64,000 bases of DNA from an uncultured Trueperaceae bacterium (GTDB lineage: Bacteria; Deinococcota; Deinococci; Deinococcales; Trueperaceae), in assembly GCA_963799485.1 (NCBI GenBank), contig CAWCXJ010000007.1, positions 480,001 to 544,000 on the forward strand, in the 5' to 3' direction. This document shows positions 41,291 through 51,892 of the stretch, piece after piece. Position 1 is the first letter of the stretch. Each line of letters starts with the position of its first letter. The notes under the pieces are model-generated. The model did no database searches. It worked only from the letters and a program-made list of their open reading frames with translations, and was not told the origin of the DNA. The translations under genes were made by a program, and so were the position numbers.

Positions 41291-44086
41291 TTAGAAGTTA
41301 AACCCAAGCCTGAAGCCGAATACCCCGGTTGGATTTTTCGGGCTGATACCGTAATCGAAGCGTAAAGGCGGCAACGCCAAGCCCCCGCCAAACCCGATAT
41401 TGAGTTGTACAGCTACCCCGATACCCGGTAGGAGTGGAGCAAACAGGGTGCCGTTATCCAAATTGTCGGCGGCGGCGTAACCCAGGTCTATAAAGCCAAT
41501 CCCGACAATTGTCTGTGTAACCGCTGTCGAAAGTCCGAAATCGTAGCGGTATTCAGCGGTCGCCGCCGCATAGGTGTCCGACGGATTGATGTCTTCGCGT
41601 CGGTAGCCACGTATCTGCGTTGCCTGGTTGTTCGTGTCCCCGATGATAAACAGGCGGCTGTCCGGATACGCGGCACCGAACTGATGACCTGCATTTACGC
41701 GAAAGGCGAACACGTGGCTCCGGTTTTCAAAGGGGGTGAGGTAGGTACTCGCGCCGACCTCGAGCTGCTCGTAGGTGTAGCCCTGCTGCACGTCACCAGG
41801 ACTATAGTCGTTGCCGAAACCGATCCCGCCGCTGACGCTGACGCGGTAGCCTTGACGGGCAAACTCAGGGTTGTCGCGGGTGTCGTAGGCGACGGCTGAA
41901 CCGATAAAGCTCGAGAAGCCGCTCTGCGGCGCGTACAAGACCGCTTGCTCGTAAGGGAGTGAACAGCCGCTCGGCAGCGCCGCCGGGTCACAGACCTTAC
42001 CCGGAGGCTCGACAAAGTAGTCGCTTTGGGTAAAACGGGCTGAAACGTTCGCCGATAAGTTCGGCAAGATAGGCCGCCCGACGCTAAAACGAAACCCCGT
42101 ATCGCGCTGGGTGTATTCACCGATCAGGGCGCGCCCTTCGCAGTCGTTCGCGTCTGCAGCCGGCGTGTCACCGCCGCTGCCAAAGGGCACACAGCGGTTG
42201 CCACTGCTGCTCAAGGGTTGATTTTTCGTCGTGTCGCTAAAGAGTTCGGCGCTGACGCTCGTCGGCACCTCCTTAAAGTCGAGGAAATCAACGTCGAGCC
42301 AAGGAACCGTGTAAGAAATTCTGCCGCCGAGCAAAAAGCCCAAGTCGGACGTGCCGGCGTTGACCGAGGCGCTGGCGTTGTGCGCTAGACCGAACAAGTT
42401 GGTGTCGGCGACGGCAACGTCCGCCCCAAAACTCACCCCACCTTCGGTCGTCAGCTCTGCCGACGGCGTAATCGTGCGCGACGGCACCTCCTGTGCGATA
42501 AAACGGACGATGACCTGAGCCGGATTATCGGTCGGAATCAGCGCGTGTGAAATACGCGTACCAATCTGACCGAGTCGAACGATCTGCAGCGCGTTAAGCT
42601 GCAAGATGCCGCGCTCCACCTCGGCTTGGTTGTAGACGCTGCCGACTTCCGGCAAGTAACGGGTGATGACCCGATCTTTGGTACGCGGATTTTCAGTCTG
42701 CAGATCGACCTGATAGCCGGCGATTTTGACCTCGCGGAGACGCTGAAAGTAGGTGCCGTCCTTGAAGTCGAAGTTAGGCTCTTGCACGAGCAGGTAGCCT
42801 TCTTGCGCGTAAAACTCGGTAAGCCGCCGAAAGTCCTCGGTCGCAAGCGCCGAGGTAAAGGTTTCGCCTGCTTTAAGCGCTAACTGCAGTTTCAGCTCGG
42901 CGTCGGTAAAGACCGTATTACCTTCGATGTTGATGCGCTTAACCGGGCCGGCTGAATCTGGCGCGCCGGAGCTGAACACGACCGCGACGCCGCCGCCGAT
43001 GGGTTGCGCCTCGAGCCGAACGTCTTCACTTCTGCCCTGCGCGAGTCGCTGAACGTCGGCGAGGAGGGTGTCGTAGTTGTACAGATCGCCGGGTTGCAGC
43101 GAAAACTCTGCAGGGTCGATACCGACAGCTGTCGTATCGAGGCTTAAAATCTTCAGCTCGTTGATAACGACGTTTAGCGTCCCGTCTACCAAACTTGTCG
43201 CCGTCCGGTCGACCCCGCTGCCGCGAAAACCGAGCTGGCTGTAGGCGTCGGCGACGCCCTGCACCGCCCCTTGATAGGTGTCCAGACTAAACGTTTCAGC
43301 CGACGCGACGTTACGGAAAGTCGCCGTCAGTTCGTCTTCGGGAACGACGGTCGCACCGGCGAAGGTCACGGTGTCGAGGGGAGGCGTTTCGTTGACGGTA
43401 TAGATGAGGCGCACGGCGGCAGCGTCCTCGAGCGACACCGGGGGTGGAGCGGTATTTGTATCCGTAGCGGTGCTTACGTCAGGCGTGGCGGTGTCTGAGT
43501 CGGTAGCTGCTGCCGGTTCTGTGGCCTTAGCCGCAGCTACCGGACGCACGCTCAGCGTCACCGGAATCTGCCCCGGAAAGCCGATTTGCGGTGAGCTGTA
43601 GATCGATTGCAAGGTGCTGATCGCCTCTTGTGCGCGGGTCGTGTTGTAAACTTGCCCGGCACCGAGCAGGTTTTCCTGCAACAGGATTTGGCGAATCTGC
43701 GCCAGGTCGAGCCCGGTAATTCCGCGTAAAACTACCTCGCGAATCGGTGGGTTTTCCTTGACCCTGACGAACAACACCGGCCCGACGGGACGATTTTCGA
43801 TCGACAAGGAGACTTCGGAAAATGTTCCGGAGTTTAGAACACGGTTGCGCTCCGCCGGCAAGTCGATGTCGGACACGCGGGTACCGGCTCTCGCGGTGAG
43901 CCGGACACGCATCAGACTCTCCGTGGTGGGGTCGCTGATTCCTTCAAAGCGGATGTCGGCGAGGGCTGCGTCCGCCGGAACCGAGGTCACCTGCGCCTGC
44001 GGAGTAGCTGCCGGGGGCGCGGACTGGGCGGTGGCTAGGTTGAGGGAAAGAAAACACAAAAAAAGCGCGAGAAAGGGCCTGAACAT
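41291..44086 (-). CDS. BamA/Omp85 family outer-membrane protein with POTRA domains
   Basis: Signal peptide, VKENPPI and IEGNTVF POTRA motifs, IRGY loop motif, LRFDYG, terminal Phe. Confidence 0.9.
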   Translation of the reverse strand: MFRPFLALFLCFLSLNLATAQSAPPAATPQAQVTSVPADAALADIRFEGISDPTTESLMRVRLTARAGTRVSDIDLPAERNRVLNSGTFSEVSLSIENRPVGPVLFVRVKENPPIREVVLRGITGLDLAQIRQILLQENLLGAGQVYNTTRAQEAISTLQSIYSSPQIGFPGQIPVTLSVRPVAAAKATEPAAATDSDTATPDVSTATDTNTAPPPVSLEDAAAVRLIYTVNETPPLDTVTFAGATVVPEDELTATFRNVASAETFSLDTYQGAVQGVADAYSQLGFRGSGVDRTATSLVDGTLNVVINELKILSLDTTAVGIDPAEFSLQPGDLYNYDTLLADVQRLAQGRSEDVRLEAQPIGGGVAVVFSSGAPDSAGPVKRINIEGNTVFTDAELKLQLALKAGETFTSALATEDFRRLTEFYAQEGYLLVQEPNFDFKDGTYFQRLREVKIAGYQVDLQTENPRTKDRVITRYLPEVGSVYNQAEVERGILQLNALQIVRLGQIGTRISHALIPTDNPAQVIVRFIAQEVPSRTITPSAELTTEGGVSFGADVAVADTNLFGLAHNASASVNAGTSDLGFLLGGRISYTVPWLDVDFLDFKEVPTSVSAELFSDTTKNQPLSSSGNRCVPFGSGGDTPAADANDCEGRALIGEYTQRDTGFRFSVGRPILPNLSANVSARFTQSDYFVEPPGKVCDPAALPSGCSLPYEQAVLYAPQSGFSSFIGSAVAYDTRDNPEFARQGYRVSVSGGIGFGNDYSPGDVQQGYTYEQLEVGASTYLTPFENRSHVFAFRVNAGHQFGAAYPDSRLFIIGDTNNQATQIRGYRREDINPSDTYAAATAEYRYDFGLSTAVTQTIVGIGFIDLGYAAADNLDNGTLFAPLLPGIGVAVQLNIGFGGGLALPPLRFDYGISPKNPTGVFGFRLGFNF

Positions 44087-44257
44087 GGCGCTTAGTCTAA
44101 CCTTGAGCGGGGTGAGAACAGATGAAGCTTCCCTTGCCGCTTTCTTCATGTGTCCTGGCGCACCTGCACAGGCGTTCTTGCACAAGCGTTTGTGCACCTT
44201 AGGCGAACCACAGTGGATGAGCGACGTTTCATGATGCGGGTATGGAATGATGCGGAT

Positions 44258-45115
44258 ATGGAGTCAACTTACACCTCGCCCGATCAGACACCGAACAAAA
44301 AACCGAGCGCCGTTGTTGAGGCTGCACGCAGCATTGTCAGAGATACAACACCCCTCGAGCCCGACATTGCCCTGATTTTGGGTTCCGGCCTCGGCCCGTT
44401 AGCCGACGACATCGACGCCGACGCCGTGATTCCCTATAGCGACCTGCCCGGTTTCGCGCCGAGCACCGCGCCCGGTCACGCCGGAAAGCTCGTTTTAGGT
44501 ACCCTGGCAGGTCGCCGCGTCGTAGCGATGCAGGGGCGGCTTCACTTTTACGAGGGCATCACGGCGGCGCAAGCAGCCTTTCCGGTACGGCTGATGCACG
44601 CGCTCGGCGCACCTACACTCTTGGTCAGCAACGCTTGCGGCGGCCTCAACCCGAACTGGCACGCGGGCGAGCTGATGTTGCAACTCGACCTTATCAACTT
44701 CACCTTTGCCAATCCGCTTTTGGGCCCCAACGACCCGGACCTCGGCCCGCGTTTTCCTGTAACTTTTGACGCCTACGATCCGGAACTGCTTGCGCTGGCC
44801 CGTAAAACCGCCCGGGCCGAAGACATCTTGCTCCGTGAAGGCGTCTACCTCGCCGTAAGTGGTCCGAGCTACGCGACGCGGGCCGAACTGCGGATGTTCC
44901 GGGCGTGGGGCGCGGACACCATCGGGATGTCTACGGTTCACGAAGTTCTGGTGGCGCGGCACGAGGGGATGCGGGTCCTGGGGCTTTCGGTCGTTACCGA
45001 TATGGCGCTCCCGGACGGGGCCGCCCACGCCGACGAAAACGAAGTTCTGGAAACGGCGGCGGCGAGCGGCCCGACCTTCAGAAAACTCGTCAAGGCGCTC
45101 GTGCCCCGGCTTTGA
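44258..45115 (+). CDS. Purine-nucleoside phosphorylase (trimeric type)
   Basis: ILGSGLG, QGRLHFYEG, GPSYAT.AE, GMST. Confidence 0.93.
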   Translation: MESTYTSPDQTPNKKPSAVVEAARSIVRDTTPLEPDIALILGSGLGPLADDIDADAVIPYSDLPGFAPSTAPGHAGKLVLGTLAGRRVVAMQGRLHFYEGITAAQAAFPVRLMHALGAPTLLVSNACGGLNPNWHAGELMLQLDLINFTFANPLLGPNDPDLGPRFPVTFDAYDPELLALARKTARAEDILLREGVYLAVSGPSYATRAELRMFRAWGADTIGMSTVHEVLVARHEGMRVLGLSVVTDMALPDGAAHADENEVLETAAASGPTFRKLVKALVPRL

Positions 45116-45125
45116 ACGTCACTGT

Positions 45126-45818
45126 ATGAACGTCACTGTACCGCTTACAGAGGTTCAGCGGCGCTTAGAAAGAGCTTGTCTCCGCGCAGGCCGCGACCCT
45201 GCCGAGGTCAGACTTATCGCGGTGACGAAAGGGCACTCGGCCCTGTCGGTACAGGAAAACGTCCTCAGCGCCGGTCACACGGTTTTGGGCGAAAGCCGGA
45301 TTCAGGAATGGCGTAAAAAGGCTGCTGAACTGGAGGCCAAACCTGAAGATAAAAGTGTAGAGGACAAACTAGAGTGGCACCTCATCGGTAATTTGCAGAC
45401 GAACAAGGTCAAATACTGCCGAGCGTTTCACACGCTGCACACGCTCAATTCGGAGCGGTTGGCGGACGCGCTCGAGGTTTACGGCGCAAAAAAAGATCAC
45501 ATCTTTCGGGTGCTCTTAGAGGTCAACGTGGCCGGTGAGGCGAACAAACAGGGCGTCTCGCTGGCAGAAGCGGCGGCTTTGGCCCGCTACGCGGAGAGTT
45601 TGCCGCACCTAGAGCTGGCGGGCGTGATGACCATCGCACCCTACCACGACGACCCCGAGGCGGCGCGGCCTGTTTTTAGAACGCTCAGGAACTTACGTGA
45701 TAAACTCGCGCTCAGGGAGCTGTCGATGGGGATGAGTGGCGACTTTGAAGTTGCCGCCGAAGAAGGCGCGACCTATGTGCGCGTCGGTTCGGCGCTTTTT
45801 CCTGACACTGATTCCTGA
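45126..45818 (+). CDS. yggS: YggS family PLP-binding protein
   Basis: AVTK, WHLIGNLQTNKVK, LSMGMSGDF, VRVGSALF. Confidence 0.94.
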   Translation: MNVTVPLTEVQRRLERACLRAGRDPAEVRLIAVTKGHSALSVQENVLSAGHTVLGESRIQEWRKKAAELEAKPEDKSVEDKLEWHLIGNLQTNKVKYCRAFHTLHTLNSERLADALEVYGAKKDHIFRVLLEVNVAGEANKQGVSLAEAAALARYAESLPHLELAGVMTIAPYHDDPEAARPVFRTLRNLRDKLALRELSMGMSGDFEVAAEEGATYVRVGSALFPDTDS

Positions 45819-45833
45819 CACTGAGGAGACAAG

Positions 45834-46307
45834 GTGAAGTTAAGCCCACTAGACGTTCAGCATCACGAGTTTTCAAACGCCATGCGCGGGTATGACAAGG
45901 CGCAGGTCAGAGACTTTTTAGACGAAACTGCGGCGGCGCTCAAGTCCCTCGTCCGCGAAAATCAGCTGCTTAGAGCCGAACTCGTCAAACGTGACGAACT
46001 GATCGCTGAACTTAAAAGCGGCGAGAACGAGCTGCGCCGCGCCATCGTCTCCGCCGAACGTTTGGGCAGCGAACTCAAAGCGCGCGCCCAAGATGACGCC
46101 GAGAGGGTCTTGCAAGACGCTCGCGGCGAACGCGCGGTGATTTTACGCGACGCCGAACTGCAACTCCGCGAACTCAAGGCCGAGTTTGCCCGGACAGAGC
46201 GTGAACACCGGCTTTTCCGGGAACAGTTCCGGGGGATGCTGCGGGCTTACGAGCGGAGTTTGGAAAGCGTCCCGGATGTGCTGAGGCTCGAGGCGCAAGA
46301 AGACTAG
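45834..46307 (+). CDS. DivIVA domain protein
   Basis: LSPLDV..HEF...RGYD..QV.DFL followed by a coiled coil. Confidence 0.9.
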   Translation: MKLSPLDVQHHEFSNAMRGYDKAQVRDFLDETAAALKSLVRENQLLRAELVKRDELIAELKSGENELRRAIVSAERLGSELKARAQDDAERVLQDARGERAVILRDAELQLRELKAEFARTEREHRLFREQFRGMLRAYERSLESVPDVLRLEAQED

Positions 46308-46735
46308 CGAACGGTAAGCGTCCGCATTTGGGTCGTCGCAACAGCGCCATCGGCAGCCATTTTTCTTCCGTGAAAAAGGAGCGTTGCAGTTCCCTTCTCG
46401 GCAAAACTGAGCGTAGCCGTGTGTCTGTAATCTTCGCCGTAAAGTGGGCAAGCTGTACCGGGCGGCGGTATAAGCTGGTACTCGTAAGGCGTAATGTTCG
46501 CGCTTGGTCCCTGAACTTCAACTTCGGTTTCACCTTGTTCCGTGCAGCCGCCACCTGGAGTAATCACGGTAACTTCAAACGATGCTCCGGACTGTACCGA
46601 AACAGGGACAACTATGGCTTGCTCGCTGAACGTAGAGATTTCTCCAACAACGCGCACGCGTCTTCCAAAGAGACTGCACGAGGTTAGCAAAACCAGTAAT
46701 ATCCCGACGTAAACCCACCAGCTGAGTTTTTTCAT
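46304..46735 (-). CDS. Putative lipoprotein
   Basis: LLTSC lipobox; GGGC...C pair. Confidence 0.6.
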   Translation of the reverse strand: MKKLSWWVYVGILLVLLTSCSLFGRRVRVVGEISTFSEQAIVVPVSVQSGASFEVTVITPGGGCTEQGETEVEVQGPSANITPYEYQLIPPPGTACPLYGEDYRHTATLSFAEKGTATLLFHGRKMAADGAVATTQMRTLTVR

Positions 46736-46812
46736 GATGGAGTGTAGCAAAAATGCGGTCAGAGGACTGGCCGCATTTTTCAGATTTGGTATTTAACTTT
46801 TAGAATCCTTGC

Positions 46813-47457
46813 CTAGAACCCTTGTGAAATCTCGTCGAGTTCATCGGCTTGCAACAGCACAATCGAACGGTAGCCCGACTCGATTAAGCCTTCGCTGCGA
46901 AGTTCGGTGATGATCTTCGAGACGCTTTCACGTGTGCTCGCCGTACCCTCGGCGATCAGTTCGTGGGTTGCCGAGACGACCATATGACCGTCGCTGTTTT
47001 CAGCGGCGAGCGGCGTTTCAGACAAGCTGATGAGGTAGCGGGCGACGCGCTGGCGCAGGTCGCCGGTTTGCAGGTGATATTCGTAGTCCATCAGGCGCTG
47101 CATCTGTCTGGATAAGGACTGCGTAATCGTCATCAGGTCGTGGTGGTTGATAAGGGCCGGGTCGATCGCTTCGACCTGCGCGTTGGTCAGGGCTTCGGCA
47201 ATCTCTTCACGGCGACCGTCCATAAACGCCTCTTCACCGAAAAAATCGCCGGGCATGACGTGGCGTACCGTCAGGATGCGGCCTTCAGGAGTCATCCGGG
47301 TAATACGGATAAGGCCGTCACGGACGCGGAAGACCGACTGGGCCGGGTCGCCGTTATGGTAGAGCGTCTGTTTACGCTGAAACCTTAGCGGCTGGCTGGG
47401 GGCCTCGAGCGCGTCTTGCGGATTCTGTCTGCTGATTTCGTTAAGGATGTTGTTCAT
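46813..47457 (-). CDS. Crp/Fnr family regulator, LdrP/DdrI-like
   Basis: PGDFFGEEA; ATHELIAEGTASTRESVSK HTH. Confidence 0.88.
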   Translation of the reverse strand: MNNILNEISRQNPQDALEAPSQPLRFQRKQTLYHNGDPAQSVFRVRDGLIRITRMTPEGRILTVRHVMPGDFFGEEAFMDGRREEIAEALTNAQVEAIDPALINHHDLMTITQSLSRQMQRLMDYEYHLQTGDLRQRVARYLISLSETPLAAENSDGHMVVSATHELIAEGTASTRESVSKIITELRSEGLIESGYRSIVLLQADELDEISQGF

Positions 47458-47612
47458 GGTCTGCCTCCCGTAAACATAGAGTGTTTTTTAACCGTGGTGA
47501 TTCTCGGTTTGCGTTTTTGTTCGCGCGCTTTGCGGCTGCGCGCGTAGAGGCCGTTACATGGGAATCGTCCAAACCCGGGTGTGCATGCTTGCCCCCTTTA
47601 GGCGCACGGCTT

Positions 47613-48518
47613 TTAGGCACGCAGTGCGCCGTACTGCTGAACGAGCTGCGAAAACCGCCTGACTGCGCCCGACGCGTCGGGTGCAAGAAAGGTTCCGGAT
47701 AGAGTTTCGGCGAGTTCGGGATGGCGGTTAAACGCCGCGCCCCCGAACGCGAGTACGGGCGCGATACCGACGAGGTAGCGCCGGGCTTCGGTCAGCGCAA
47801 CGACCGACTCGGTAAGTGAAGCTGAGATCATCACCCCGGCGGGCCGGAGGGTACGGGCCAAGTCGCGCAGGTCTTTAACGGGTGTGTTCGCCCCCAGATA
47901 ATATACCCGGTACCCGGCGCGGCGCAACAACGTGGCGAGAATCAGCGCGCCGAGTTCGTGCTGCTCTAAAGGCGCACAGGCAACGATAATTACCGTGCCT
48001 GCTTCGGCGTTGGAAGTTGCGCTCATCAGGGTTCTCAGGCGGCCCTGCAAGTAGGCGCTGGCAAAGTGTTCGGTCGTTACCGGAATCTCGCCCCGATGCC
48101 AGCGCGACCCCAACTCGATCATCGTGCGCTGCGCGAGTTCGGACAAAACCGTTTCGACGCTGTGAAGGCTGTACGCCTGACTAAAGATTTTGTCGGCCCT
48201 GGCCTCGTCGAGTTGCAAGAGTGCATTTAGTAGTGCTTCTTGCAGGCCGCTCAGTGAGCTGGGCAGCGCCCCCTCCGGTTGCGCTTCACAGAGCGCTTCA
48301 CAGACCAGTTCGGCGGCTCGCGAGGCCGATACCCCCTCAGCGATATGCCGCTTCATCCGTTCGATGTCGTGAAGGTCGTTCTCACAATAAAGTCGGTACC
48401 CCGAACTCGAGCGCTCCGGCTTGGGAAACCCGTAGCGGCGTTCCCACTGCCGCAGAGTACTTGCCGGTACCTTCGTGCGCGCTTCGACTTCATTAACGGT
48501 GTAGCGATTACGGCTCAC
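47613..48518 (-). CDS. B12-dependent MerR-family photoregulator (CarH/LitR-like)
   Basis: TLRQWERRYG HTH, W-x9-EH (WHRGEIPVTTEH), EQHELG cobalamin motif. Confidence 0.9.
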   Translation of the reverse strand: MSRNRYTVNEVEARTKVPASTLRQWERRYGFPKPERSSSGYRLYCENDLHDIERMKRHIAEGVSASRAAELVCEALCEAQPEGALPSSLSGLQEALLNALLQLDEARADKIFSQAYSLHSVETVLSELAQRTMIELGSRWHRGEIPVTTEHFASAYLQGRLRTLMSATSNAEAGTVIIVACAPLEQHELGALILATLLRRAGYRVYYLGANTPVKDLRDLARTLRPAGVMISASLTESVVALTEARRYLVGIAPVLAFGGAAFNRHPELAETLSGTFLAPDASGAVRRFSQLVQQYGALRA

Positions 48519-48546
48519 GGTGAGTCAGTCTCCTCCAAAACGCTAA

Positions 48547-48579
48547 TTATACGGATTTATTCCGTATAACCTCTGTACA
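48547..48579. promoter_or_regulatory. Candidate operator upstream of the carH-like gene
   Basis: TTATACGGA-N5-TCCGTATAA inverted repeat; CGTATA (48563) and TGTACA (48574) 11 bp apart. Confidence 0.55.
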
Positions 48580-48824
48580 AGCGTAAGAGGAGTATAGCGT
48601 CAAAACCGGATTGCGTCAAGGCGTACAAACGTATCCGAATAAGCTCGCAGAAGGCGATAGTTAACGCCTTGGCGAAAATCGAACGAAACAGATTCTACAA
48701 CTACAGCCCTCATCAAAGCTCTACAGAACCTTATACAACATGTGAAAACCGACTGAGGCGGTAGCGGATTTTTACATCGGTACGGCACAGCACATGAGAC
48801 ACCAACCACGTTAAACTTAAAGTC

Positions 48825-49289
48825 ATGACAGGTGAGAAGAATAAATGTATCGAGATTTTTACCGATGGGTCGTGCGACACGACTTCCGGGCGCGGCGGCT
48901 GGGGCTATCTGTTGCGCTGCGGCGAGCGGCAAAAGACGGCTTCGGGCTTTGAGGCCGCGACGACAAACAACCGGATGGAGCTGACGGCGGCGGTCGAGGC
49001 GCTGTCCGCGCTCAAAACGCCGTGTGCAGTGACAATTATTACCGATTCGCAGTACCTCAAAAACGCTTTTACGGCGGGCTGGCTCCGGAACTGGCAACGC
49101 AACGGCTGGAAAACCGCGAGCAAGCAGCCGGTTAAAAATAAAGACTTGTGGCTAAAGCTGCTTAAACTCAGCGCCGAACATACGCTTAGCTGGCGCTGGA
49201 CCAAGGGCCACGCCGGACACGCCGAAAACGAACTCGTAGACAAGCTGGCGCTCACGGCTAGGCGGCGCGGCGCAGCTCACGAGGTGTGA
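48825..49289 (+). CDS. rnhA: Ribonuclease HI
   Basis: TDGS, TTNNRMEL, TDSQY, KGHAGH.ENE..D. Confidence 0.96.
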   Translation: MTGEKNKCIEIFTDGSCDTTSGRGGWGYLLRCGERQKTASGFEAATTNNRMELTAAVEALSALKTPCAVTIITDSQYLKNAFTAGWLRNWQRNGWKTASKQPVKNKDLWLKLLKLSAEHTLSWRWTKGHAGHAENELVDKLALTARRRGAAHEV

Positions 49290-50379
49290 GGGCGCTCACA
49301 CGCGCAAAAAGCCGTTCTAAAGCTGCCAGCCCGACGGGTAAGGAAGCGGGCTCGAGCCACTCACTCAAACGGTGTGCGTCGCCGCCCCGGTAGACGCCGA
49401 AAGCGATGGCAGGCAGTCCGGCGGCCATCGCCGCGTTTGCGTCGGTACTGCTTGCGGAGATGCGCGCGCGCAGGCCGTGGTCGGCGAGTGCGCCCTGTCC
49501 GGCCTGCGTCAACCCGCCGTTGGGTGCGCTCGCTGCCGGACGGTCGCCGACTTGCTGAATCTCTAACTTGACGTTGTGTTTGGCCGCCACACGTTCGGCC
49601 CTGGCCCGCGCTTCACGGCCCAGACGTTCTAGAAGTGCCGCGTCCAAGCTGCGAAGGTCGAGGTTAAACCCGGCGCTCTGGGCAATCGCGTTGACCCCGG
49701 TGCCGCCCCAGACCTGTCCGACGTTGTACGAACTCCGCGCCCCTGCAGCCAGTGGCAGCTTGGCAAGTACGGCGACGGCTTCACCGAGGGCGTGTGTGGC
49801 GCTCGGGCTGGGAAAGTCGCCCCACGAGTGTCCGCCCTTTGCCGTAAAGGTCACTTCAAAGCGCTTGGAACCGACCGCAGCGTCGATCAGTGCGCCGAGA
49901 TGTCCGTCCACGGCGACCACGCCGTCGAAATCTCCGGCTCTTTCAGCGAGCAGGGCGCGGATACCCCGGAGGTCGCCCAGACCTTCCTCGCCGACGGTGG
50001 CAGCAAAGGTCAAGCGCGGATACGAGGCAACCTCACCGCGCTTTAGCCGCCGTAAATAAGCGAGCAGCACCGCCAGGCTCGCGCTGTTGTCGCCGATACC
50101 GGGCGCGGCCAGCCGCCCCTGACTCCCGACAGCGCGAACGCGCACATCGGTGTCGGCACCAAAAACCGTATCGAGGTGCGCCGCAGCGAGGAGGCGTGGG
50201 CCACGTCCGCCGGGAATGTCGGCGGTGACGTTGCCGACGGCGTCGGTGTGAGGCTCGAGTCCCAGCTCCCGTAAAAACCCGCCGATAAGTTCTCCCCTTG
50301 CGCCCTCGTGAAACGTTGGGGCCGGGGTTTCGCAGATAGCCCGTAAAAGACCCGTCAGTTCGTTTAGCTCACGGCTCAT
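49258..50379 (-). CDS. M20/M25/M40 metallopeptidase
   Basis: AHLDTVF, GIGDN, GEEG, GGHSW. Confidence 0.9.
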   Translation of the reverse strand: MSRELNELTGLLRAICETPAPTFHEGARGELIGGFLRELGLEPHTDAVGNVTADIPGGRGPRLLAAAHLDTVFGADTDVRVRAVGSQGRLAAPGIGDNSASLAVLLAYLRRLKRGEVASYPRLTFAATVGEEGLGDLRGIRALLAERAGDFDGVVAVDGHLGALIDAAVGSKRFEVTFTAKGGHSWGDFPSPSATHALGEAVAVLAKLPLAAGARSSYNVGQVWGGTGVNAIAQSAGFNLDLRSLDAALLERLGREARARAERVAAKHNVKLEIQQVGDRPAASAPNGGLTQAGQGALADHGLRARISASSTDANAAMAAGLPAIAFGVYRGGDAHRLSEWLEPASLPVGLAALERLFARVSALTPRELRRAA

Positions 50380-50597
50380 TCCAAACCCTCACGAAGTCCG
50401 GCGAGCGCCGCAAACGGGTTCGGCGTAGCGACCGGCAACCAGCGGCAAAAACTCACGGCAGCCGAACCGGCACCTTCAGGCTCGAGCCGGTGCGGACACC
50501 CCGGACACTCCGGATAGGCGAGCGCGGTATAGGCCAGCTCGCGGAGGTCGTCGGGGCCGTCGCATTCGCGCAAACACCCCGCCCGAAAGCGTTTCAT
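50376..50597 (-). CDS. Small Cys-rich hypothetical protein
   Basis: CxxxC, CxxC and C; ATGA overlap with the peptidase gene. Confidence 0.65.
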   Translation of the reverse strand: MKRFRAGCLRECDGPDDLRELAYTALAYPECPGCPHRLEPEGAGSAAVSFCRWLPVATPNPFAALAGLREGLE

Positions 50598-50673
50598 TTG
50601 GCCTTCACTTCAGCACTCATCCAAGTATCCGGTTCTGCGAAGTTCGTACCTGTCCGATTTATAACTGTCAAGT

Positions 50674-51333
50674 TCACGCCCCTTTAGAAAGGGTGGCGAT
50701 CCCTTCGCGGAGTGCGTAAAGCGCTGCCTGCGTCCGGTTGTTGAGCCGCAACTTTGAAAAAATCTCGGAAAGCCGGTTCCGCACCGTTTTTTCACTTACA
50801 CCCAGTTCGTCGGCAATCTCGACGTTTGACGCACCCTGCGCGAGCAGCCGCAGAATGGTCGCTTCGCGTTCGGTCAGTTCAGACAGTTTGTGGCTTCCTA
50901 CCGAGCTCTCCTTGACCCGCCGAAACTCGGCGAGTACCGACGACGCGAGTTCGGGACGAAGGAGCAGTTCGCCTTCAGCCACGCGGCGAATCGCGCTGAT
51001 GAGGTCGTCGGCCCCGGCGTCTTTTAGGAGGTAGCCACATGCGCCCGCCTTGATCGCCTCGAAAACGTAGCGGTCCTGGCGGTACATCGTAAGGATGATG
51101 ACCTTGGCAGCCGGAAACTCTTCTAAAATGGTCTGGGTCGCGGCTACGCCGTCTAAGTCGGGCATCTGGATGTCCATCAAGATCACGTCCGGATGAACCG
51201 AGAGCGCGTAACGTACCGCTTCGCGGCCCGTCGCGGCCTCGCCGATAATCCGGAAACCCTCTTCGGTTTCCAAGATACTCCGTAGTCCCTGGCGAAACAT
51301 CGTATGGTCATCACAGAGTAAAAGGCGCGTCAT
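50674..51333 (-). CDS. NarL/LuxR family response regulator
   Basis: DDH, MDIQMP, LLKD, LTERE HTH. Confidence 0.95.
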   Translation of the reverse strand: MTRLLLCDDHTMFRQGLRSILETEEGFRIIGEAATGREAVRYALSVHPDVILMDIQMPDLDGVAATQTILEEFPAAKVIILTMYRQDRYVFEAIKAGACGYLLKDAGADDLISAIRRVAEGELLLRPELASSVLAEFRRVKESSVGSHKLSELTEREATILRLLAQGASNVEIADELGVSEKTVRNRLSEIFSKLRLNNRTQAALYALREGIATLSKGA

Positions 51334-51429
51334 ACACCTATGCTAACGCACCGAGGTGCGCGGTAAGATGGCCCTTACGACGAACGCGCTACCCGACCGG
51401 CGCGGTAGGCGCACAACCGAAGGAGTCAG

Positions 51430-51891
51430 ATGCAACACCCTAAAGGTGTCCTAATCGAACGAGCCAAGCAGTTGGGTCTCGGCAAACCGAACTTTGACAC
51501 ACACAATACCGGCCCTGAACACGAACCGCTTTTTGAAAGCACCGTAACAATTCGCGGTGAGGTTTACGGCGAAGGTGAAGGCGGCACCAAGCGCGACGCC
51601 GAACGCCGCGCCAGCGAAGAGGCGTTAGACGCCCTTAAAGATACGCGGCGCGAAAAGAGCTCCGTCAGTCAGAGCGAGGCTTTCCCGGGCGACGAATCTT
51701 TTGACGGCCCCTGGCCTATTTTCGCTGAGGTCTTAGCCGCGAGTCTAAACGTCGCGCACGCCCGCGTGAACCCGACCCTGACCGGCCCGGACGCGATTAC
51801 CGAGGTGCAGGCGCTCGCTTTGCAACTTTACAAGGGTAGCTTGGAAGGGCTCGGCGAAGTCGTCGAGTTGGATGAACCCGAACAAGACTGA
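51430..51891 (+). CDS. Double-stranded RNA-binding motif protein
   Basis: HPKG.L, GPEHEPLF, GEGGTKRDAERRA. Confidence 0.85.
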   Translation: MQHPKGVLIERAKQLGLGKPNFDTHNTGPEHEPLFESTVTIRGEVYGEGEGGTKRDAERRASEEALDALKDTRREKSSVSQSEAFPGDESFDGPWPIFAEVLAASLNVAHARVNPTLTGPDAITEVQALALQLYKGSLEGLGEVVELDEPEQD

Positions 51892-51892
51892 T

